From Octopus vulgaris (taxonomy: Eukaryota): a DNA stretch of 64,000 bases. The notes beneath the pieces were generated by a model, which was not told the origin of the DNA, ran no database searches, and was given only the letters and a program-made list of their open reading frames with translations. Position numbers and translations under genes: made by a program. Positions 55,455 to 64,000 of the stretch are shown piece by piece (position 1 is the stretch's first letter; each line of letters opens with the position of its first letter). Where the stretch lies: positions 122,512,001 to 122,576,000 of the forward strand of contig OX597817.1 of the NCBI GenBank assembly GCA_951406725.2. Reading direction: 5' to 3'.

Positions 55455-56793
55455 TATGCATACATATATATATATACACACATATATGCATACATATATA
55501 TATACACATATATATGCATACATATATATATACACATATATATGCATACATATATATATACAAACACGCACACATATATACATACATATATCAATACTAA
55601 TATGTATGTATCTGTGTCTGTGTATATGTATATATATATGTGTGTATGTACATATTTATATATATATACACCCACACATGCATATAAACATTAATCACAT
55701 AAATATAATCATATACATAAGTGTGTGTGTGTATGCATGTGTGTATTCTGTATGTGTGTGCAGTAAGATTATAAATGAGGAAAAATATGTAAATAAGTCA
55801 TTCAGCAGTGTGTCATAAAAGGAATATAATCATAAAAAATAAATTGATAGATATCGCATTAAAATCCTCTTGGATAGGAAAAAGGCAGAAAGCTATCGAC
55901 TGGACTTGGACCATATATCAACAACAAATACAGAAGAGATGTAGACACACTCACACACACACACACACACACAGACATATACAAATACACACACATCTAT
56001 ATCCATATACATATGTAATAAACATATTCTAATCAACGTATCAGAATGTGAGACACATTACAAAAATGGTTTGGATAATATAAAAATGTTCCACATCCTA
56101 CTTTTATTCTCAACATGGTTTAATGACAAACATTGTAACTCCAGATAATTCTGAATACAGAATTTAAGCCTCCATACAGTAAAAGAAAATGAAAATGAAT
56201 GCAATAATCATAAATGGTATCATATATTTTATATGATGTACATGTGTTTCAAGAGGACGATTGTCATTATTACGTAAGCCAACTGGCCCTGTTACATAAT
56301 ACACATGACTTACTTTGTCAGTATTGTCAGCAAAAAATACACTAAAAAGAAAATTGCAAGCCTGTGTATACACACCAGTAGACTTGCACACAGATGCTTG
56401 CATAGGCAGATACACACACACGTGTAGATGTATGATAACGAGGGAAGAGTGGAAAGGAAGAAACACCCCAGAAAATGCAGTATCAACTGCAAGAACTTAT
56501 AGAAATAAAAAACAATATTGATAAAATAATAACAATAATAAAAATATTTCTTTTTATTATAGGCACAAGGTCTGAAATTTTGTGGGGTGGGTAGCTAGTT
56601 GATTAAATCAACCTCAGTTGCTCATTTGGTACTTATTTCATTGACTCCTAAAGTATGAAATGTACAGCCAACCTCAGTGATATTTGAGCTTAGAGCATCA
56701 AGGGCTAGCACTTAATATTTTGTCTAATGTGGTAAGAATTCTACCAGCTTCCCTAATGATAATAATAATAATAATAATAATAATAGCAAAAGC

Positions 56794-56839
56794 AAAGAAG
56801 AGTGCCATTGTTATCAAGTGAACAATGGCACTCTTCTTT
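56794..56839. repeat. Perfect 19-bp hairpin with 8-nt loop
   Basis: AAAGAAGAGTGCCATTGTT-atcaagtg-AACAATGGCACTCTTCTTT. Confidence 0.9.
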
Positions 56840-56925
56840 TTTTGCTTCTATATCTTCTGGAGGAGTTACTTCAATCCTATAAATATTATTATTATTATTA
56901 ATAATAATGATAATGATAATAATAC

Positions 56926-57255
56926 GGTGCCCTAGAAATGATAGCAAAAGGGGCAGATTGCCATCTACCTCAGATACCAGGAAACCCTAAAATGGCAGAA
57001 ATTCAAAAGATAGTGCTCATGGGAACTGTTCATATCCTACGTAAAATACTGTCTATGTTATCTCAAATTTTAAAACAAACACATAATTTTCATGTTTTCT
57101 TAGACATTCTTTAGAACATTACTATGCACAAAACCAAATCTATGACACCTTAGGCATAACACCAGCACGAACTTCTAACTTGTTGTCTCTTGAGTTCACT
57201 GGGTGAGACTTGGAGCCAACTTGTATAAAATGTAAAGCAAAAATCAAACATAAAA
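56926..57255 (+). mobile_element. R4/Dong-like 3' fragment in (TAA)n
   Basis: GALEMIAKGADCHLPQIPGNPKMAEIQKIVLMGTVHILRKILSM, then a 3' UTR ending in (TAA)n. Confidence 0.8.
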
Positions 57256-57329
57256 TAATGATAATAATAATGATGATGATAATAATAATAATAATAATAC
57301 CAACAAACCAATAACAACAGAAACAATAA

Positions 57330-58013
57330 TCTCAATAACAAAGATAAATCACTAATTATAGGAGCTCAGGAACAAGCCATTAGAAAAACATTTGATAAAA
57401 GCAAAGACTGATAAAACTTAGAGAGCAAATACAGAATCTGTGGAAAAGGAGACAAAAGTATTAACCATCTCTTAAGTGAATGTAGTAAGCTTACACAAAG
57501 AGTATGTGTGCAGGCATGATGCATTAGTAAAAGAGTGTTATAGTGTTGTAGTTGAGTGTGTAGATTCAAAGCGATGGAGAATAGAAATTACAGGATAGTT
57601 TGTGATTTCTCCATAAAGACTGTAGTATTGAAGTAAGGGGCCTATATATGATTGTAGAAAACAAAAAAAAAGAAGAAGAGATAGTGTAAGCTCATAGACC
57701 TTGCAATACTATGATAATAGAATAGATATGAAAGAAATACAGAAAAATGAGGGATGTCAGGACCAAGCCAGACCAAGGAAAAGATTCTGAAAGACAAAAG
57801 TGACAATTGTTTCAGTAGTAATTGGTGCACTTGGTACAACACACAACCTGCTACCTACAAGGTTGAATGATAACTGTAGTGAGAGACCTGCAGAAAAGTG
57901 CCATACTACATTCTGTAGGAATTCTAAGAGAGATTCTTTAGAATTGAGGACATTTATTTAACCAACCTTTAAGCTATTACATACATGCCAACTAAAGTAG
58001 AATGAAATAATTT

Positions 58014-58015
<2 letters not shown>
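57330..58015 (+). mobile_element. R4/Dong-like 3' fragment (CCHC knuckle plus RLE) in (TAA)n
   Basis: RICGKGDKSINHLLSECSKL, VVIGALGTT, DLQKSAILHSVGILREIL. Confidence 0.75.
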
Positions 58016-58047
<32 letters not shown>

Positions 58048-58049
58048 TG

Positions 58050-58565
58050 CTCTGGGGCTTATTTATTCAAACCGATTGTGTTATTCAGGTCAATAGACCA
58101 GGTACTGTAGTAAAAAAAATCTTATAGACACAATATAGATATGTCAGTTCCAGCAAACTGCAACAAATAAACATTTCAAAAGTTAAGTAAGTATAAGGAC
58201 CCTGAAACAAATGGTAAAAAAAAAAAGTGGCATCTAAGACCAACAACTGTACCTGTCGTTTTATAATACCAAATGGTGGTCTTAAACACTACGGCCATAT
58301 ACCAGGAAACTCAAAGGTATCAAAACTACAAAATATTAGTAAAACATTGTCAACTTGAAAATACCTGATTCTCTTAAATCTTTCATGATTGAAATATTAC
58401 AAATTTAACAGAATCTTGGCTCTCTGACTCTAGTCTCCTTCCCATACAATATATCATTGCTAAACATAAATAATACCCATAGTAAAATGTCCAACTAGCC
58501 ATTACTTGAGGTCTCTGGGTGAGACTTGGCACAACTTGTATAAAACAAAGCAACAGTTACATGCA
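58050..58565 (+). mobile_element. Third R4/Dong-like 3' fragment ending in (TAA)n
   Basis: IDMSVP, QKLSKYKD, WHLRPTTVPV; 3' end CTGGGTGAGACTTGG..AACTTGTATAAAA shared with about 57199-57230. Confidence 0.7.
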
Positions 58566-58604
58566 TAATAATAATAATAATAATAACAATAATAATAATA
58601 ATTT

Positions 58605-59010
58605 TATTTCTTTATTGCCCACAAGGTGCTAAACATAGAGGGGACAAACAAGGACAGACAGAGGGATTAAGTGGATTACATCGACCCCAGTGCATAACTG
58701 GTACTTAATTTATTGACCCCGAAAGGATGAAAGGCAAAGTCGACCTCAGCAGAATTTGAACTCAGAACGTAACGGCAGACGAAATATGGCTACGCATTTC
58801 GTCTGGCATGCTAACGATTCTGCCAGCTCGCCGCCCTTTTCTACTATAGGCACGCAGCCTAAAATTCTTTGGTGGGAGGGGGACAGTTGATCAAATTAAC
58901 CCCAATGCTCAACTGGTGCCTAATTCATTGACCACGAAAGGATGAAAGGCGAAGTTGACTTTGGTAGCATTTGAACTCAGAATGGAAGGACAAATGAAAT
59001 GCTGCTAAAC
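58605..59010 (-). mobile_element. Two adjacent family-B SINEs
   Basis: 58605-58836 is near-identical to 16327-16559; a second copy follows. Confidence 0.88.
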
Positions 59011-60386
59011 AGTAATGATGATGATGATGATGATGATGATGCTAGCAGCAAACCACCATTAGAAAAGGAACACTTGGTGGCATATATCACAAGGACAATT
59101 TTATGGCATTCAGCCAAAGAAAATGCTATTTGGGAGATGTGGCAAGGGTTAGTAGGTTCAAAAGAGCTTTAAAACAAAGATGAAGGCAAGGCATTAGCCA
59201 GTTGCTGCCCAGCCCTGCTCCCACCCTCATCTCCCTCACCACCACCACCACCACACACACACACATACACAAATCCATTTACATATGTACACATACATAG
59301 AAACCCAAATAGAAGTACACTTACAAAAACACACACAGCTACACACACTGATTAAATATACATACATGCACACATACACACACACATATAACTGTACACT
59401 ACACAAAACTAAAACCCTTTGATACTGCAATGTGCAACAGCGAGTTCACCAAGTTGATTGTACAAGACAACAAGGTATAATAAGGATTCGCATAAACTCC
59501 ATCCCTTGTTACAAGTTATCCTCAGTGTATTCATGCATGCTGCAAAATCGTTGAAGTAAGCATTGCAATCCTCGGAGAAGTCAATATCCAAGTCATTTGA
59601 AGTATTGGAGGATCCATATATTATGGGCAAAAGGATTGATAATGGTGGTTGAATTATTCAATATTCTGCTAAGAAGTCTTAAATATCGGAAGAGCAAGAA
59701 ACATATACTGCTAGATATTTTGATCGAGGTTCAAATGCAGGAAATAGATGAATGAGGTATTCCAGTGTAAGATACAGGACACAATTTATCATTTTGCTGG
59801 TGTAACAATACAAGAGTATGAAGGAAAAGATAGCACCATAACACACTGTGTATGAGCCAAACACTAGCCTATTTCATTGTAGTTTTGGTTATGATCCAAT
59901 CAGTAGTGTTACGAGGTCCAAGGCTTCCTGTGGGAACAAAGCATCCCAAGTTTGTTATGTTTATCAAGTAAACAGTTACTGCTAGCTAATATAATTTCTG
60001 ATCCCTCCTTGGTGCAAAGTCGAGAGAGATGCCTCACACTAGGAAAGTCAGGAGCTCCCCACTGCAAACCATTCCAAACCTACAGTTGACCTTATTGTTG
60101 GTGAGATTATGAACATATTTCATGAGTGAAGTAGGGAAACTAACCAGTGGGTCAGTAAAAGAAGGACAACGCAATATGGGATAGATAGATAGATAGATAG
60201 ATAGACAGATAAATGGATTAGATACATGGATGGATAGATGGGTGACTCAAACTAGTAGATATGCATTCTGAGTGCAATATTTTATTTCTTACTGTTCATT
60301 ATGTAGCTAAATTTAGATTGAATTAAATGAAATTAAATGTCCATGCTATGCCTTGCCAAATTGTTTGCCTTTCATCACTACTTTAA

Positions 60387-60545
<159 letters not shown>

Positions 60546-60983
60546 CAATTCAAATAAATAAGAAGAATTATATCTTGACTCATTTTTATTATTACAGTTA
60601 TTTTATTTAAACCTCAGTCTGACATCCGTTTCTGCTGCGTGGTTATCTCAAAACATGTTGGACAGAGGTTTACATTAAATACGCTGTATAAATGACTGTA
60701 ATTATAAAAAATGTGTTGATCTGTAACACTTCTTATTTATTTGCATTATCTTGGAAAGACACTCAGCAAACCGAGAGAGAGAGAGAGAGAGACTTAAATG
60801 ATCTTCAGTATAGCATACACCTCCCAAATCTATCATGGAAGACACATGATCAAAGTGCTGAATGGTGGTCTCAACCTCAGAGGCATGTGGTCATGCATTT
60901 TAAACAGTCAGGCTTACACAGCAAACTCCACACATACACTATACATATATATTAAATATGTATATGTTTTTGCGAGTGTACTC

Positions 60984-61053
<70 letters not shown>

Positions 61054-61216
61054 CTGCATGTGTGAAATGAGACACTGCTGCAGGAGATATGATCAGCTCT
61101 TCAAATAAAGTTTAGGAATCAAAAGTCATTTAAGATCTCATGCTAAGAAAGGGCAATTATAGGTACAAGAAGAGGTCAAGCTCTGCAAGGGGCATGCACA
61201 TATATGTATGTATGAA

Positions 61217-61268
<52 letters not shown>

Positions 61269-61295
61269 GTATGTGTATATATATATATATGTATG

Positions 61296-61342
<47 letters not shown>

Positions 61343-61407
61343 GTATATATATATATGTATGTATATATATATGTATATATATATATGTATGTATATATAT
61401 ATTTATG

Positions 61408-61440
<33 letters not shown>

Positions 61441-61469
61441 ATATATATATGTATATATGTATATGTATG

Positions 61470-61506
<37 letters not shown>

Positions 61507-61511
61507 TTTTT

Positions 61512-61720
61512 TTTTTGTACTTGTGTCAGTCATTTGACTGCGGCCATGCTGGAGCATCGCCTTTAATCGAGCAACTCGACACCGGGACTTATTCTTTTGT
61601 AAGCCCAGGACTTATTGTATCGGTCTCATTTTGCCGAACCGCTAAGTAACAGGGACATAAACACACACCACCATCGGTTGTCAAGCAATGCTAGGGGGGG
61701 CAAACACACACACACACACA
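61512..61720 (-). mobile_element. Family-A SINE 3' half, interrupted at its internal microsatellite by a PLE
   Basis: Matches about 11555-11745; the head is replaced by (TA)n plus the PLE end. Confidence 0.85.
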
Positions 61721-61761
<41 letters not shown>

Positions 61762-61923
61762 GTGTGTGTGATTGTGTATAGAAGAATATATTAATAAAAA
61801 GAATTCCAACCTTGTCTGATTTTCACGTTTTATTTACAATCTTATAATGATATATTATAAGATAATATATTATAATTGAATAAAATAAAATGAAATAGTA
61901 GAATGTTAAATATTCATTCTGAT

Positions 61924-61968
61924 TGAACTAGTACTTTCATGCATTGAATTCTGCAATCTTCGGGTTCA
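61924..61968 (-). ncRNA. Minimal type-I hammerhead variant in the pLTR
   Basis: UGAAC-CCGAAGA-U-UGCA(gaattcaa)UGCA-U-GAA-AGUACU-A-GUUCA: 5-bp stem I, palindromic stem III, U4C core change. Confidence 0.7.
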
Positions 61969-62004
61969 TGTAGTAGTGTTGACAGTCATGCTTCACAATT
62001 TTTG

Positions 62005-62150
62005 ACTGTAGCAAGATGAGTGATTCTGTGCTATAAATACAGCTGGGTAGGCTCCAGAGTGCTAGGTTTTGCAAACTGTATTCTGACCAATCAGTGTGTA
62101 GTATCACTCAATTACTTAAGCTGATTGGTTGGTTGAGCTGATTGGTTTAG
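62005..62150 (-). promoter_or_regulatory. Putative Pol II promoter of the pLTR
   Basis: Three CCAATCAG boxes (about 62085-62147), TATTTATAG at 62039-62031, and an Inr-like ACAGTC about 32 nt downstream. Confidence 0.55.
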
Positions 62151-62462
62151 GCATCACGCTTTGTTGGACAGGTCAAGAGTCCTGTATCTTGACCCTGGCC
62201 GAAGCAGCAATTGTTGGGTTATTTTTAGAAATGTTGTTAATATCCTTTGTCAGAGATTTTTATATTTTTATATTTCAATTGTCATCATCAACATTGTCAG
62301 CACCTTAATTATTGTTGCTAGTGGTGATGGTGGTGGCAATAGAACTTTTAACCCTAAATAAGATAATTTTCCTGCTATCTTCATCTTGATCACCTTTAGT
62401 ATTGTTGTTGTTGTTAGTGGTCATGGTCGTAGCAGTGGAAGTAATACCTCTAAGTATTATTA

Positions 62463-63998
62463 TTATTGCTTATTTAGCTTGGGTTCGAATTTATCAATAA
62501 AATTCTTTTCTCTGATTTTCCTCTCGATTTCACTTGGGCTGTGTAATTTGTAGAATGGAAATATTATATATATTTTCCGACCACATGTTGCTAGGTGGTT
62601 ACTCAAAGGTATCTGACGGACCTCTGGGTCTCTAATCTGTTGCCGGTGTACACGTGAGCGTTCTAATAGTGCGTTTCCCGTCTGACCTACATATATTTCT
62701 TCACAATTTGGGCATTTGATGCAGTAAATTAAATTTCTGCTTTTGCAGTTCATATTCGCGTTTGTGAATATTTTCCCGGTTTTTGTGTTTATATATTGAC
62801 CGGTATGTATGAATTGGCATGTGCCACATCGGCTATCATTGCATTTAGATACCTTGAATGTTTGGTCTTTGTTGCTGAGGTCAAATTTTGCCTTTGTTAG
62901 TAATGTTTTCAAGTTTTTAGGCTGTCTTTTACTAAGCACCATAGCTCGATCCTTGATTATGTCTTTTAATTCATTACTTTGGGCAATGATTGGTAGGTTT
63001 GCTTTGGCAATGTTGAAGATATTCTGGTGACATGGGTTGTGTGTCACTATGAATGGTATGACTTGTTCTTGTTTTCCTCTTCCTTGGGTTGTCCTAAGTT
63101 GTTGTATAGGTATTTTTATAGCCCGCTGTATGCCATTTTCTATAAGTAGAGATGGGTATTTTTGTTTGAGCAAAAATTCTCTTAGTTCTATTAGGCGTTT
63201 GTTCCTGATATTTGCATCTTCTACAATAGTACAAATTCTTCTGGCTAGGCAGTATGGGATGTTACGTTTTGTATGTGGTGGATGGCACGACTTAAAATTT
63301 AGGTATTGATGTGTGTCTGTGTGTTTATAGTATATATCTGTGGTGATGGTGGTGTCTTTTTTAATTACCATTATATCCAGGAATGGTAATTTGGTACTAC
63401 TCATCTCCTTTGTAAATTTGAGAGATGGGTGTAGGTTGTTCAGGAGGATATTGAACTCTTCCAGAGTATTTAGAGATTCTGTCCAGATTATGAAACAGTC
63501 GTCTAGGTATCTCTTCCATGCCTTTTCAATATACTTTCTAAGTCCAGTGCCATAGTTTACCTCCACCTCTTGGTAGAGTTGTTCTTCTAAGTATCCCATT
63601 ACAGAGTTGGCGTAAACGGGAGCAAACCTCGTTCCCATCGCCGTGCCTCTAATTTGGATGTAATTCTTTCCATTGAAGAAGAATGTGTTATTTTCTAGAA
63701 TAAGTTTGACTGTGTCTAATATAAATGGCACTGTGAATCTGCTGGGAATCACTTCTCTATGTTTTTCTAACCAGTATTTAATCGCCTTTATTCCTAAATC
63801 GTGTGGAATATTGGTGTAGAGGCTTACCACATCAAAACTTAGTAAAACTGAATTTGTTTCTGTTGTTTTGGGAAGATGGGACAGGAAGTCGATGTCATCC
63901 CTGATGAAACTTGGTATGTAAGTACATAGTGGTTTCAAAACAATGTCAATAAAATTGCTTAGACGGTGTGTAGGGCATGCTGGACCAGCTATAATAGG
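62463..63998 (-). CDS. PLE reverse transcriptase and GIY-YIG endonuclease (5'-partial; frame open to the window edge)
   Basis: (R)PIIAG, SFDVVSLYTNIP, QIRGTAMGTRFAPVYAN, WKRYLDDCF, LPFLDI, CNDSRCGTC linker, LIYCIKCPNCEEIYVGQT with downstream H..H; no stops or frameshifts. Confidence 0.95.
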   Translation of the reverse strand, partial: PIIAGPACPTHRLSNFIDIVLKPLCTYIPSFIRDDIDFLSHLPKTTETNSVLLSFDVVSLYTNIPHDLGIKAIKYWLEKHREVIPSRFTVPFILDTVKLILENNTFFFNGKNYIQIRGTAMGTRFAPVYANSVMGYLEEQLYQEVEVNYGTGLRKYIEKAWKRYLDDCFIIWTESLNTLEEFNILLNNLHPSLKFTKEMSSTKLPFLDIMVIKKDTTITTDIYYKHTDTHQYLNFKSCHPPHTKRNIPYCLARRICTIVEDANIRNKRLIELREFLLKQKYPSLLIENGIQRAIKIPIQQLRTTQGRGKQEQVIPFIVTHNPCHQNIFNIAKANLPIIAQSNELKDIIKDRAMVLSKRQPKNLKTLLTKAKFDLSNKDQTFKVSKCNDSRCGTCQFIHTGQYINTKTGKIFTNANMNCKSRNLIYCIKCPNCEEIYVGQTGNALLERSRVHRQQIRDPEVRQIPLSNHLATCGRKIYIIFPFYKLHSPSEIERKIREKNFIDKFEPKLNKQ

Positions 63999-64000
63999 TC

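Larger units (their letters stand above)
61760..64000 (-). mobile_element. Penelope-like retroelement with C-terminal endonuclease (Neptune/Nematis-like), cut by the window edge
   Basis: RT plus GIY-YIG ORF, then about 700 bp of 3' pLTR with promoter motifs, hammerhead and AATAAA, abutting (TA)n. Confidence 0.92.

Noticed and set aside
56314-56361. 48-nt minus-strand exon candidate ending at GTAAGT
   Set aside because: Weak acceptor inside CA-rich sequence and no recognisable product.
62809-63555. Three plus-strand ORFs
   Set aside because: Antisense shadows of the PLE ORF.

Overview
AT-rich, microsatellite-saturated animal genomic DNA. The repeat families suggest an octopus-type cephalopod, which is an inference. 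No host protein-coding gene could be supported, and most ORF-track entries are translations of (TA)n/(CA)n tracts. The window is a mosaic of mobile elements: many tRNA-derived SINE copies from at least four families, relics of Tc1, mariner, HERO, R4/Dong and RTE, piggyBac- and hAT-type MITEs, two minisatellites, and several fold-back palindromes. An uninterrupted Penelope-like element (PLE) ORF (RT plus C-terminal GIY-YIG) runs off the right edge. The main hidden signal is 8-10 minimal type-I hammerhead ribozyme (HHR) motifs from about six unrelated PLE-type families, most abutting (TA)n tracts. The most notable is a Penelope/Poseidon-like 3' end at 17.8-18.3 kb with a tRNA-derived Pol III promoter between the endonuclease stop codon and the HHR. 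The same tRNA+HHR module occurs again without any ORF at 27.4-27.8 kb, with an inverted HHR-bearing end and an 8-bp flanking direct repeat. It is a candidate PLE-mobilised tRNA-ribozyme SINE. All structures were read by eye and element boundaries are approximate.
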